From contig CAWKBS010000009.1 in assembly GCA_963847985.1 (NCBI GenBank), forward strand, positions 59,470-123,469: DNA of 64,000 nt. The letters run 5' to 3'. A program made the position numbers and the translations under genes. The notes under the pieces are model-generated. The model saw nothing but the letters and a program-made list of their open reading frames with translations. It was not told the origin of the DNA and ran no database searches. Shown here piece by piece: positions 1 through 9,186 of this stretch. How positions within the stretch are numbered: the first letter of the stretch is position 1; each line of letters opens with the position of its first letter. This DNA is from an uncultured Actinomycetes bacterium. GTDB lineage: Bacteria; Actinomycetota; Thermoleophilia; Gaiellales; Gaiellaceae.

Positions 1-601
1 TCAGGAGCGGGATGAGGATGCGGTTGACGACGAAGCCCGGGGTGTCGTTGCAACGGATCGGCTCCTTGCCGAGCCGCTCGGCGAGCTCGAACGCCGTGTC
101 CACCACCTCCGGCGCGGCGAGCTCGGTGCGGACGACCTCGACGAGCGGGAGAATCGGCGCCGGGTTGAAGAAGTGCATGCCGACGACGCGCTCGGGGCGC
201 GCGGTCGCCTTCGCCACCTCGGTCACCGAGAGAGCCGACGTGTTCGTGGCGAGGACCGCGCCCTCCCCCACGACGTCCTCGAGCGCCCGGAAGAGCTCCT
301 GCTTGGCGTCGAGCTCCTCGACGATCGCTTCGATCACGAGGTCGCACCCGGCGAGATCGGCAAGCTCCGTCGTGGTGGTGAGCCTCGCCAGGGCCGCGTC
401 CCGCTCCCCGGCCGTGAGGCGCCCTTTCTCGACACCGCGGCCGAGGTAGTGGCCGATGCGCTCCCGCGCGCGGTCGCAGAGCTCCTCGCTCACCTCGCGC
501 CCGACCGTCTCGATCCCCGCCTGGACGCAGACCTGGGCTATCCCGGCACCCATCGTGCCGAGACCGACCACCCCCACCCTGCCTACGTCGGCTCCGCTCA
601 T
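1..601 (-). CDS. 3-hydroxyacyl-CoA / 3-hydroxybutyryl-CoA dehydrogenase, N-terminal ~200 aa (3' end off window)
   Basis: Own minus-strand translation from ATG 601 gives MSGADVGRVGVVGLGTMGAGIAQV (GxGxxG Rossmann), then NTSALSVTE and GMHFFNPAP. ATGA overlap with the stop of the upstream lipoprotein gene. Not in the ORF track because no stop lies in the window. Confidence 0.8.
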   Translation of the reverse strand, partial: MSGADVGRVGVVGLGTMGAGIAQVCVQAGIETVGREVSEELCDRARERIGHYLGRGVEKGRLTAGERDAALARLTTTTELADLAGCDLVIEAIVEELDAKQELFRALEDVVGEGAVLATNTSALSVTEVAKATARPERVVGMHFFNPAPILPLVEVVRTELAAPEVVDTAFELAERLGKEPIRCNDTPGFVVNRILIPLL

Positions 602-1008
602 CCTGCGACCGTGATTGTCACCCGAAACCGCACCGGCTCGTCGGGGCACCCGTGCTCGCCGTCGCAGGCGGGCGTCCCCAGGGAGGAGATCGCCGCCGTC
701 CCGGGCCGGACGCCGCCGACCGTCCACTCGGAGAAGCCGGGGTCCTGGAGGTAGTCGACGCGGCCTAGCTCGACCGCGTCGCCCTCGACGACCGGCTCGT
801 CCCAGACGTACTCGCTCGAGAGGCGAAGGCTGGTCTGCCCACCCACGGCGAGCGTGAAGCTCCGGCCGGAGTCGGAGGCCGTGATCGCATCGCCGGCCTC
901 GGCCTGCGGCGCCTCCGACTCCGTCTCGGCAGGCGGCGGAGCATCGCTCCCGCCGCAGCCGGTCAGCGCGGGCAGGAGGAGCAGGAGGAAGGCCAGGACG
1001 CGGGCCAT
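598..1008 (-). CDS. small secreted lipoprotein, unknown function
   Basis: These are the last 136 codons of track ORF 598..2442. MARVLAFLLLLLPALTGCGG is a signal peptide plus lipobox. The rest of that 614-aa ORF is antisense to the aldehyde dehydrogenase and is Arg/Gly-rich noise. Confidence 0.6.
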   Translation of the reverse strand: MARVLAFLLLLLPALTGCGGSDAPPPAETESEAPQAEAGDAITASDSGRSFTLAVGGQTSLRLSSEYVWDEPVVEGDAVELGRVDYLQDPGFSEWTVGGVRPGTAAISSLGTPACDGEHGCPDEPVRFRVTITVAG

Positions 1009-1062
1009 GCCCCTACAGGTTGCCGGACGGCGTGGGCCGACGAGGCGTGCTTGAATAGCGCC

Positions 1063-2493
1063 ATGGCGGTGACCGCGCGGGAGCGCAAGCTCCTCCTCGA
1101 CGGCGAGTGGGTCGAGACGGGCGACTGGCACGAGGTCCGCTCGCCCTACTCGGGGGACGTCGTCGGACGCGTGGCCCGCGCCGGGGCGGCCGAGACGCGG
1201 CGCGCGATCGACGCGGCGGCACGCGCGATGACCGACCCGCTGCCCGCCCACGCGCGCGCCGAGATCCTCGACCGAACCGGCGACCTCGTCGCCGAGCGGC
1301 AGGAGGAGATCGCGCGCACGATCTCCGACGAGGCCGGCAAGCCGATCAAGACCGCGCGGGTCGAGGCCGAGCGCGCCGTCTCGACGTTCCGGGCGGCAGC
1401 GGCGGAGGCCCGCACGCTCGCCGGCGACGTCGTCCCGATGGACGCGAGCCCGGCCGGAGTCGGCAAGGTCGCGTACACGGCGCGGCTTCCGATCGGGGTC
1501 GTCGGGGCGATCTCGCCGTTCAACTTCCCCTTCAACCTCGTCGCGCACAAGGTCGCGCCGGCCCTGGCGGCCGGCTGCGCCGTCGTCCTCAAGCCCGCGA
1601 GCGCCACCCCGCTCTCCGCCCTGCTCCTCGCCGAGCTCGAGGCCGAGGCCGGCCTGCCGGCCGGCTGGCTCAACGTGCTCGTCGGCAGCGCGTCCGAGAT
1701 CGGCGACGTCCTCGTCGAGGACGAGCGCGTGCGGCTGATCAGCTTCACCGGCTCCGCGGAGGTCGGCTGGGCTCTCCGCGAGCGCGCGGCGCGGAAGAAG
1801 GTGCTGCTGGAGCTCGGGAACGCGACGCCGGTGATCGTCGAGGCGGACGCCGACGTCGCAGAGGCCGCCGCCAAGTCGGCCGCGAACGCCTTCTCCTTCG
1901 CCGGCCAGAGCTGCATCTCGATCCAGCGCATCTACGTGGCGCGGGCCGTCTACGACGAGTTCCTGGCGAGCTTCCTGCCCAAGGTGGCCGGGCTCGCAAC
2001 CGGCGACCCCGGTGACGACGAGACCGACGTCGGCCCCGTCATCGACGAGGACGCAAAGGCGCGCCTCCTGGCCTGGATCGAGGAAGCGAGGGACGGCGGC
2101 GCCGCCGTCCTGGCGGGCGGTGGGACGACCCGCGAGGGGCTGATCGAGCCGACCGTCCTCGCCGACGTGACGCCCGAGATGAAGGTCTCGTGCCTCGAGG
2201 CCTTCGGCCCGGTCTGCACGGTCACGCCGTACGACGCGCTCGAGGAGGCATTCGAGCTTGCGAACGGGACGGAGTACGGGCTGCAAGCCGGGATCTTCAC
2301 CGGCAGCGTCGCCACCGCCATGGCCGCCGGGTCGGCGCTCGAGTTCGGAGGCGTTCTCGTCAACGAGGCCCCGACTTTCCGCGCGGACCAGATGCCGTAC
2401 GGCGGCGTGAAGGCGTCGGGGAACACGAAGGAGGGGCCGCACTACTCGGTGCGCGAGATGACCGAGGAGCGGCTCGTGGTGATCGCACGCTGA
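1063..2493 (+). CDS. NAD(P)-dependent aldehyde dehydrogenase family protein
   Basis: Track ORF 1051..2493. Family motifs present: PFNFPFNL, ELGNATP (catalytic Glu), FAGQSCISIQR (catalytic Cys), PYGGVKASG. ATG 1063 is preferred over TTG 1051. Confidence 0.85.
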   Translation: MAVTARERKLLLDGEWVETGDWHEVRSPYSGDVVGRVARAGAAETRRAIDAAARAMTDPLPAHARAEILDRTGDLVAERQEEIARTISDEAGKPIKTARVEAERAVSTFRAAAAEARTLAGDVVPMDASPAGVGKVAYTARLPIGVVGAISPFNFPFNLVAHKVAPALAAGCAVVLKPASATPLSALLLAELEAEAGLPAGWLNVLVGSASEIGDVLVEDERVRLISFTGSAEVGWALRERAARKKVLLELGNATPVIVEADADVAEAAAKSAANAFSFAGQSCISIQRIYVARAVYDEFLASFLPKVAGLATGDPGDDETDVGPVIDEDAKARLLAWIEEARDGGAAVLAGGGTTREGLIEPTVLADVTPEMKVSCLEAFGPVCTVTPYDALEEAFELANGTEYGLQAGIFTGSVATAMAAGSALEFGGVLVNEAPTFRADQMPYGGVKASGNTKEGPHYSVREMTEERLVVIAR

Positions 2494-2552
2494 CGGCCCC
2501 GGCGCCGCCCTTCGCGGTCCAGGGTGTCCGTTAGACTCGACTGCCTGCGACC

Positions 2553-3137
2553 ATGCCAGGACGCGACGACGACCCGTTCTACCGCCAGCCCCTCCCTCCC
2601 GAGCCCGGAGCGGAGGTCGTCGAGGTCGTCGAGGTGGTCGAGGGCTCGGCCCTCCCGCCCGAGTCCGACCCGGCCCGGCTCCAGCGCGAACGGCGTGAAC
2701 TGACCGACCGGCGGGAGGTCGAGATGCGCGACGTCGGCGGCCTCACGGTCGAGATGGTGCGCCGCGATCGCTGGAACCCGGACCTGCTCGTCTCGCGGGC
2801 GCACGAGGTGCTCGCGCTCGAGGGGCGCATGCACGAGCTCGACTCCATGCTCGTCGCCGAGACGACCGCGCGGAGCTTCCCGAACGTCGTCTACTGCAAG
2901 TGCGGATCGCCGCTGGTGCCCGGCATCCACTTCTGCGGCCACTGCGGCCGCCCGGCGCCCACGGCCCCGCCGGTCGTGACCTGCGCCCACTGCGGCCAGC
3001 CGCTGCCGGCCGACGTCAACTTCTGCTCGTTCTGCGGGAACGCGGCCACCGCCGAGGACTACGAGCCGGCCGAGAGCCCGGTGGACGAGACGATGGTGCG
3101 GCCGCCGCCCGACGACGAGACCCAGGGCGGGTTGTGA
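2553..3137 (+). CDS. double zinc-ribbon domain protein
   Basis: CKCGSPLVPGIHFCGHCG and CAHCGQPLPADVNFCSFCG Cys pairs. GTGA overlap with the next gene. Confidence 0.6.
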   Translation: MPGRDDDPFYRQPLPPEPGAEVVEVVEVVEGSALPPESDPARLQRERRELTDRREVEMRDVGGLTVEMVRRDRWNPDLLVSRAHEVLALEGRMHELDSMLVAETTARSFPNVVYCKCGSPLVPGIHFCGHCGRPAPTAPPVVTCAHCGQPLPADVNFCSFCGNAATAEDYEPAESPVDETMVRPPPDDETQGGL

Positions 3138-3865
3138 GCACCCCGCCGGCCGAGCCGCCGCGGCCCGCCGCGGATGCCTCCCCCTACGGCGAGAACCACT
3201 GCCCGCGCTGCGGCGCGCCGCACGACCCGCTGCAGGAGTACTGCCTCGAGTGCGGCCTCCGCCTCGTCGCGCTCCCCGGGCAGCGGTACACGCGAACGAT
3301 CGTCTGGTCGCGGGAGTCGCCCGTGTGGCTCTGGATCGCACTCGGCGCGCTCCTCCTGGTCGCACTCGCAGCCGGGGGCATCGTCGCGCTCGCGGCGACC
3401 GACGACGACAAGGACGCCGCGCCGGTCTCGAGCGGGACGACCGTGCCGGTGGGCCCACCGCCGGTCACGCTGGACACGGTCACCGGCGACTCGACGATCA
3501 CGATCCCGCCGCCGACGACGACGCCGACGCTGCCGACGACCACCACGACGACGACGCAGCCGACGACGACGACCGCGGGCACGATCATCTCGTGGCCCGA
3601 CGACACCGACGGGTACACGATCGTCCTCAAGTCGTCGCCGACATCGCAGGGCCGCGGCCCGGCCAACGCTGCCGGCGAGCAGGCGATCGACGCCGGGCTT
3701 CAACAGGTCGGCGTGCTGAACTCGTCGGACTACTCGAGCATGAACCCCGGCTACTACGTCACCTTCTCGGGCGTCTACACGACCCAGAGCCAGGCACAGG
3801 GCGCGCTCCCGAACGCCCGGAGCAAGGGTTTTCCGACGGCATACGTGCGCCGCGTCGCCGACTGA
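3134..3865 (+). CDS. zinc-ribbon / TM / Thr-Pro-rich linker / SPOR-like domain protein
   Basis: In-frame GTG 3134 inside track ORF 2900..3865. Contains CPRCGAPHDPLQEYCLECG, a TM helix (VWLWIALGALLLVALAAGGIVALAA) and a PPPTTTPTLPTTTTTTTQPTTTT linker. The C-terminal GYTIVLKSS...GYYVTFSGVY...A resembles SPOR domains. Confidence 0.6.
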   Translation: MSTPPAEPPRPAADASPYGENHCPRCGAPHDPLQEYCLECGLRLVALPGQRYTRTIVWSRESPVWLWIALGALLLVALAAGGIVALAATDDDKDAAPVSSGTTVPVGPPPVTLDTVTGDSTITIPPPTTTPTLPTTTTTTTQPTTTTAGTIISWPDDTDGYTIVLKSSPTSQGRGPANAAGEQAIDAGLQQVGVLNSSDYSSMNPGYYVTFSGVYTTQSQAQGALPNARSKGFPTAYVRRVAD

Positions 3866-3909
3866 GGCGACTCGCGGACCTGGTGACGGCCGCCTCAGGC
3901 CCGACTTTG

Positions 3910-3932
3910 TAACACGGCGACGGACCGTGTTA
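3910..3932. promoter_or_regulatory. perfect 8-bp inverted repeat TAACACGG-N7-CCGTGTTA in an intergenic region
   Basis: Read directly from the sequence. It lies 45 nt after the SPOR-like gene stop and ~90 nt before the next gene. There is no T-tract, so an operator or a terminator are both possible. Confidence 0.3.
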
Positions 3933-4020
3933 GACTGCGCTCTCGGAGCGGTTTGGGGGCGCTCCTTAACCCGATGTTAACCAGGTTTTGCAGGTGTTTC
4001 GCGTCGGCAAGGGATAGTGT

Positions 4021-4473
4021 GTGACCGAGCAAGCACAAGAGAGGATTCGTACTCGTATGTATCAATACTCCCGGGCGATCTACCGCTCGATCAAGGATCT
4101 GATCGATCCGTGGGCGGAGCCCGAGAAGCAGCTCGAGTACCGCCGAGAGGTCCTGGCGGCGTGCGAGGAGTGCGTCGAGCGGCTCGCCAAGGATCCTCGC
4201 TACTTCGCTCATCCCGACCGCACGCTCTTCCAGGACATCCGCCGCTACTTCCCGATCACGTATCAGGCGCAGGTCGCCTGGGCAGTGACCGAGGGGATCG
4301 GCGCCGCGGTCGAGTACATCGAGGCTCAGATCGAGGCAGGCGCGTTCGACGGCGGCATCGCCCGCTGCCGCGCCACGACGCGCAAGGGGAAGCCGTGCCA
4401 GCGCACGCCCCTCCCCGAGCGCGAGTACTGCCCGTCGCACCAGCACCTCGAAGCGCGTCCCGCAGCCGCGTAG
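4021..4473 (+). CDS. hypothetical protein with C-terminal Cys/His cluster
   Basis: Track ORF with good GC3. C-terminus reads CRATTRKGKPCQRTPLPEREYCPSHQH. GTG 4021 sits directly after a TTGCAG...GATAGT promoter-like pair (possibly leaderless). ATG 4057 is an alternative start. Confidence 0.5.
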   Translation: MTEQAQERIRTRMYQYSRAIYRSIKDLIDPWAEPEKQLEYRREVLAACEECVERLAKDPRYFAHPDRTLFQDIRRYFPITYQAQVAWAVTEGIGAAVEYIEAQIEAGAFDGGIARCRATTRKGKPCQRTPLPEREYCPSHQHLEARPAAA

Positions 4474-4500
4474 CCGAACCGGCGCGTTAGGCTCCCGCGG

Positions 4501-5280
4501 ATGATCCGCGTCTGCGTCGCCGGCATCACCGGCTGGACCGGCGGCCCCATCGCCGGGGCGGTCGCCGCCGCCGACGACCTGGAGCTCGTCTCCGGCGTCT
4601 CGCGCTCTGCCGCCGGCACGAGCTTCGAGGACCGCGGCGCGCCGATCTTCGGATCCGTCTGGGAGGCGCTGGAGAGGGCCGAGACCGACGTCGTCGTCGA
4701 CTACACCGACGCCGCCGCGGTCAAGGAGAACGTCCTGGCCGCCCTCGCTCGGAAGACCGCGGTCGTCGTCGGCTCGAGCGGGCTCGCCGCGGAGGACTTC
4801 GAGGAGATCGAGGCGCGGGCGCGCGAGGCGGGCGTCGGCGTCATCGCCGCCGGTAACTTCTCGCTCCTGGCCGCGCTCCTCTCCCGGAGCGCCGCCGAGA
4901 TCGCCCGCCACGTCCCGGCCTGGGAGATCATCGACTACGCGAGCGCCGCGAAGCCGGACGTCCCGAGCGGCACCGCGCGCGAGCTGGCCGAGCGGCTCGG
5001 CGAGGACGGCGGCGCAGCGCTAGGACGCGAGCTGGACACGATCCTGGGGCCGGTCGAGGCCCGCGGGGCGACGGTGGCCGGCACGCAGATCCACTCCGTT
5101 CGCCTGCCGAGCTTCGTCGTGTCGACGGAGATCGTGTTCGCCGCCGAGGGGGAGCGCCTGACGCTCCGCCACGATCCCGGCGAGAGCCCGGCGCCCTACG
5201 TCGCCGGGACGTTGCTGGCGATCCGCTCGGTGCCCGGCCGAGTCGGCCTGACTCGCGGGCTCGACGCGCTGATCGACTGA
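4501..5280 (+). CDS. dapB: 4-hydroxy-tetrahydrodipicolinate reductase
   Basis: MIRVCVAGITGWTG N-terminal Rossmann, then VVDYT, VVGSSG, and WEIIDYASAAKPDVPSGTA (matches the HHxxKxDAPSGTA-type region). Length 259 aa. Confidence 0.8.
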   Translation: MIRVCVAGITGWTGGPIAGAVAAADDLELVSGVSRSAAGTSFEDRGAPIFGSVWEALERAETDVVVDYTDAAAVKENVLAALARKTAVVVGSSGLAAEDFEEIEARAREAGVGVIAAGNFSLLAALLSRSAAEIARHVPAWEIIDYASAAKPDVPSGTARELAERLGEDGGAALGRELDTILGPVEARGATVAGTQIHSVRLPSFVVSTEIVFAAEGERLTLRHDPGESPAPYVAGTLLAIRSVPGRVGLTRGLDALID

Positions 5281-5427
5281 CTGGCCACGTCGGTCTCGGC
5301 GTCGTAGGATCGACGTGTGCCCGGTTGACGCTAGAGCGCTGCCGACCATCACGGCAAGGACGTACGCCCCGCGCCCGAGTGCCTGGGTGGAGGGGCTCGT
5401 GCGCCTCCTTGCGGGGCTCCTGGCCCC

Positions 5428-6483
5428 CTAGGCCAACGCGAGCTGCTCGAAGTCCTCGATCTTCGACACGGTCACACCGACGAGCCGGAGCGCCCCCGGC
5501 CGGTCGGCCAGGGCCCGGTCGAGCAGGTCGCACGCCAACTGGCCGAGGCGCTCGCCGTCGGCGAGGCCTGCTGCCAGCGTCGTCGAGCGGCTGCGGATCG
5601 AGAAGTCGGGATAGCGGAGCTTCGTGGTCACCGTCCGCGCGACCTGGCCGGACTCCGCCAGGTACCCGGCGATGCGAACAGCCATGCGGCGCAGCTCGTC
5701 GTGAAGCTGCTCGCGGTCGGAGACGTCGCGCGGGAACGTCTCCTCGTGGCCGATCGAGATGCTCGCAACCGGCTCCTCCAGCCCGCGGGGATCGATCCCC
5801 TGGGCGCGGTCGCGGAGCAGGCGCCCGCTCTTCCCGGGAAGCAGCCGCGCCAGCTCGCCGTCGGGAAGCGCCGCGAGCTGCCCGACCAGCTCGACGCCGG
5901 CCGAGGCCAGGCGCTCCTCGGCCTTCGGACCGACCCCGGGCAGGAGCCTTACCGGGAACGGCGCCAGAAACGCGGCCTCGCGACCCGCACGCACGACCGT
6001 GATCCCGCCCGGCTTCTTCCGGTCGCTCGCCACCTTGGCCACCACCTTGCAGCTGGCGACGCCGAGCGAGCACGACAGGCTCGTCGCGCCGCGCACGGCG
6101 GCTTGGACGGCCTCCGCGACGACGCGGGCGCGCCGGTAGTCGGGCGCCACCTCGCCGATGTCGAGGTAGCCCTCGTCCAGCCCGGTGCGCTCGACTCTCG
6201 GCACGACCTCGCGGATCGCCGCCCACACGGCGCGCGAGTAGTCCGAGTATGTGCGGTGGCGCGGCGAGACGAAAACCGCGTGCGGGCAGCGCCGCAGCGC
6301 CTCGGCACAGCTCATCGCGGAACGGATACCGTAGGCGCGGGCGACGTAGTTCGCGGTAGCCACGACGCCCCGGCCGCGGGGATCGCCTCCCACGACCAGC
6401 GGCTGTGTTGCCAGCTCGGGGCTCTCGAGCTCCTCCACGGCTGCGAAGAAGGCGTCCAGGTCGAGATGCGCGACGATCACCAC
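5428..6483 (-). CDS. dinB: DNA polymerase IV (Y-family)
   Basis: MVIVAHLDLDAFFAAVE, VVGGDPRGRGVVATANYVARAYGIRSAMS, and SLDEGYLD-type motifs (LDEGYLDI). 351 aa. Confidence 0.9.
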   Translation of the reverse strand: MVIVAHLDLDAFFAAVEELESPELATQPLVVGGDPRGRGVVATANYVARAYGIRSAMSCAEALRRCPHAVFVSPRHRTYSDYSRAVWAAIREVVPRVERTGLDEGYLDIGEVAPDYRRARVVAEAVQAAVRGATSLSCSLGVASCKVVAKVASDRKKPGGITVVRAGREAAFLAPFPVRLLPGVGPKAEERLASAGVELVGQLAALPDGELARLLPGKSGRLLRDRAQGIDPRGLEEPVASISIGHEETFPRDVSDREQLHDELRRMAVRIAGYLAESGQVARTVTTKLRYPDFSIRSRSTTLAAGLADGERLGQLACDLLDRALADRPGALRLVGVTVSKIEDFEQLALA

Positions 6484-6503
6484 GGCATGGAAGGATAAGA
6501 ACC

Positions 6504-6527
6504 GTGTCGCACGACACCGACAAACTG
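6504..6527. promoter_or_regulatory. 14-bp palindrome GTGTCG-CA-CGACAC plus minus-strand TTGTCGGTG box at the dinB/pafBC divergence point
   Basis: Read directly. TTGTCGGTG (complement of 6515-6523) matches the upstream half of the mycobacterial RecA-NDp / PafBC motif tTGTCRgtg. No TAnnnT lies at the canonical 8-nt spacing. Confidence 0.3.
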
Positions 6528-8504
6528 ATCCGCCAGCTCTCCCTCGTGGCCTTCCTCATGGCCGAGCGGAGGCCCCTGACCGCCCGCGAGATCAAGTCCG
6601 TGGTCGAGGGGTACTCGGAGATGTCGGACGAGGCGTTCGCACGGCGCTTCTACTCGGACCGGTCGGAGCTGGTGGCCCTCGGCGTCCCCCTCCACTCGCA
6701 GCGGGACGAGTTCACGGGCGAGGAGCTCTACACGCTCCGCGCCGAGCAGTACTTCCTGCCGAAGCTCGACCTCGACGACGACGAGCTGGCGGCGCTGCAG
6801 ATCGCCCTGCACCTGCTCGACGGCCAGTTCGCCTACGCGGAGCCGCTCCGCCTGGCGCTCCAGAACCTCGCGCTCGGCCGGCCGACGCAGCTCGAGGCCG
6901 CACCCGAGAGCGCGCTCCGCGTCGAGGTGCGCGACCCGGACTACTCGGACGAGATGTCGGGCCGGCTGACGAAGCTCGAGGGCGCCATCTCGAAGCAGCG
7001 AACGGTGCGTTTCACCTACTGGTCGATCTCGCGCGACCGGACGCGCGAGCGAACGGTCAACCCGTACGCACTCCTGCCGGAAGCCGGCTCCTGGTACTTG
7101 ATCGGCCGTGACCTCGACGAGGAGGACGAGCGCACGTTCCGCGTCTCGCGCATCGTCGGGGACATCCGCTTCGCCACGCGCCGCGAGCGCGATTTCCGTA
7201 TGCCCGAGTACGACCCGTCCGACTTCCGCGGCCGTCAGCCGTGGCAGTACGGCGAGGCGAGCGGCGAGGCCGAGATCGAGCTCGACGCGGACACCGCCTG
7301 GTGGGTCGAGCGGATGGTGGAACGCGGCGAGGTCGTCGACCGGGTGTTCACCACGCCCTACTCGCGCCTCGACCTGCTCGCCGGCTGGGTGCTCCGCCAG
7401 GAGGGCAGGGCGAGGCCGGTGTCGCCGCCGGAGCTGGCCCAGGAGGTCGCGGCCGGCCTCGAGCGCGTGCTCGAGCGCCACGAAGGCGAGCCGACGAAGC
7501 CGCCGCGTCCCAAGACCATTCCCGTCACCGAGCAGCTCGACCGCCCCGCCGGCCCGCTCGCGCCGGAGCGCTTCGGCGTCCTGCAGGCGCTCCTCGCACA
7601 CCTGCTCGCCCGCTGCGGCGACGAGACGCGCGCGACGATCCCGGCCCAGGAGCTCGTCGATCGCTTCAACATCCCCTACGACCAGCTCGACGACCACCTG
7701 CAGCTCCTCAACCTCGTCAACTTCGGCGGTGGGTGCTACGCGGTGTACGCGTCCCTCGACGGCGACCAGGTGCGGGTCGACAAGGAGCTCTTCGGCGACG
7801 CCTTCCGCCGCCCGCCGCGGCTGACGCCGCTCGAGGCGCGCGCGATCCGCCTGGCGCTCGAGTTCGTCGGGCCGATGATCGCGGCCGAGGCGCAGACGCC
7901 GCTCGAGCGCGTCCGCAAGAAGCTCGAGGACACCTTCGGCGAGTTCGCTCTCCCCGAAGCCGTCGAGGACGAAGCCGGCACCGAGGAGGAACAGCTCATC
8001 CGCACGCTCTCGCAGGCGATCCGCGAGCAGCGGCTCGTCGAGATCGAGTACGTCGCCGTCGGCGAGGAGACGAGCGTCCGCGTGATCGAGCCGCACGCGC
8101 TCGAGCGCGAGCTGCCCTGGTGGTACGTCCACTCCTGGGACCGCACCCGCGACGCCCAGCGCAGCTTCCGCCTCGACCGGATGCGCCGCGCCACGCTCCA
8201 GAAGAAGAGCTTCGACCCGCGGCCGGGGCTCGACCCCCGCAAGCTGCGCGACGTCCGCGTGGCCAGGGTGCTCTTCGACCCGGAGGTGGCACGCTGGCGC
8301 ATCGAGCGCGGCGCGCTCCCGCTGGCGAAGGGCTACGCGCTGGAAGAGGTCGGCGTCGGCGGCACCGACTGGCTCGCCGGCGAGATCCTCTCGCACCGCG
8401 GCTTCGCCGAGGTGCTGGAGCCGGAGGACCTTCGCCGCGAGGTCGCCGCGCACGCGAAGAAGCTCAAGTCCGCGCTCGCGAAGCGGCCCGCCCGGGCGCG
8501 CTAG
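6504..8504 (+). CDS. pafBC: fused PafB/PafC-like transcriptional regulator (2 x HTH-WYL-WCX)
   Basis: GTG 6504 follows GGAAGGA. Two modules, each with a WYL core: TVRFTYWS...NPYALLPEAGSWYLIGRD and LVEIEYVAV...EPHALERELPWWYVHSWD. The track start at 6405 would overlap dinB with an Arg-rich leader. Confidence 0.75.
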   Translation: MSHDTDKLIRQLSLVAFLMAERRPLTAREIKSVVEGYSEMSDEAFARRFYSDRSELVALGVPLHSQRDEFTGEELYTLRAEQYFLPKLDLDDDELAALQIALHLLDGQFAYAEPLRLALQNLALGRPTQLEAAPESALRVEVRDPDYSDEMSGRLTKLEGAISKQRTVRFTYWSISRDRTRERTVNPYALLPEAGSWYLIGRDLDEEDERTFRVSRIVGDIRFATRRERDFRMPEYDPSDFRGRQPWQYGEASGEAEIELDADTAWWVERMVERGEVVDRVFTTPYSRLDLLAGWVLRQEGRARPVSPPELAQEVAAGLERVLERHEGEPTKPPRPKTIPVTEQLDRPAGPLAPERFGVLQALLAHLLARCGDETRATIPAQELVDRFNIPYDQLDDHLQLLNLVNFGGGCYAVYASLDGDQVRVDKELFGDAFRRPPRLTPLEARAIRLALEFVGPMIAAEAQTPLERVRKKLEDTFGEFALPEAVEDEAGTEEEQLIRTLSQAIREQRLVEIEYVAVGEETSVRVIEPHALERELPWWYVHSWDRTRDAQRSFRLDRMRRATLQKKSFDPRPGLDPRKLRDVRVARVLFDPEVARWRIERGALPLAKGYALEEVGVGGTDWLAGEILSHRGFAEVLEPEDLRREVAAHAKKLKSALAKRPARAR

Positions 8505-8998
8505 CCCTCCCGCAGGTCGAGCCGCCAGTCGTTGCAGCGCATCCAGTGGCCCGGCGGGTACTCGTAGTCCGACTCGCCCAGGAGCGTGAACCCCAGCTTG
8601 CGGCAAATGGCGTTCGAGGGGGCGTTCTCGACCGACGGGTAGGCGAGGAGATAGCGGCGCCTGCCCTCCCGGCGTGCCTCCTCGACCACCTCCGCGGCTG
8701 CGGCCGAGGCGATCCCGCGGCCCTGGAAGCCAGGGAGCACGGCCCAGCCCATCTCGTAGACCCCCTCCCCGCGCCAGTCCCGCTCCCAGAAGCCGACCCA
8801 GCCGACGCCGACCCCGGTGGTCGACTCGACGATCCGGAACTGGCCGGAGTCGGCCGCCTCGTAGCGGCCATGACGCTCGGCGATCTTCTCCGCCGACTCG
8901 GGCCCGCCGAGGTGCAGGGTCATCACCGGGTCGGCCAGCAGCTGCTCGAGGAGCGGCAGGTCCCCCGCGCCCCACGACTCGATGCGGATGTCGCTCAC
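8501..8998 (-). CDS. GNAT family N-acetyltransferase
   Basis: LPGFQGRGIASAAAAEVVEEA (acetyl-CoA Q/RxxGxG/A motif) and NAPSNAICRKLGF. GTGA overlap with the upstream small ORF. Confidence 0.8.
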   Translation of the reverse strand: MSDIRIESWGAGDLPLLEQLLADPVMTLHLGGPESAEKIAERHGRYEAADSGQFRIVESTTGVGVGWVGFWERDWRGEGVYEMGWAVLPGFQGRGIASAAAAEVVEEARREGRRRYLLAYPSVENAPSNAICRKLGFTLLGESDYEYPPGHWMRCNDWRLDLREG

Positions 8999-9186
8999 CG
9001 CCGCTCGTTCCCGCGCTTGAAGTTGCCGGTGACACGGGCCATTGCGAGCTGCTCGGCCTCCTCGTCGGCGCCCTCGACCTCACGGAGGAATCGGTCGGCG
9101 CCGGAGCCGGTCAGGGTCGTGACCACCCGTCCCCGCCACGAGATCCGGACCCGCCCGTCCTTCGTCGCGTGCCAGGCGAAGGTCAC
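8995..9186 (-). CDS. small hypothetical protein (63 aa)
   Basis: A GTG at 9186 overlaps (GTGA) the histidine-kinase stop, and its own stop overlaps the GNAT start. High GC3. No recognisable motif. Confidence 0.4.
   Translation of the reverse strand: MTFAWHATKDGRVRISWRGRVVTTLTGSGADRFLREVEGADEEAEQLAMARVTGNFKRGNERR

Noticed and set aside
598-2442. 614-aa minus-strand track ORF
   Set aside because: Only its last 136 codons (the lipoprotein, 598..1008) look coding. The remainder is antisense to the aldehyde dehydrogenase, Arg/Gly/Asp-rich with low GC3. This is the typical shadow ORF of high-G+C DNA.
6483-6530. Complete RecA-NDp (PafBC) promoter upstream of dinB
   Set aside because: Only the TTGTCGGTG half matches. 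The -10 TAnnnT is not at the canonical 8-nt spacing, so it is reported as a hypothesis rather than as an annotated promoter.
6477-9083. 868-aa minus-strand track ORF
   Set aside because: It is antisense to the pafBC-like gene and has an Arg/Gly/Pro/Leu-rich composition with no motifs. The GNAT gene (8501..8998) is in a different frame.
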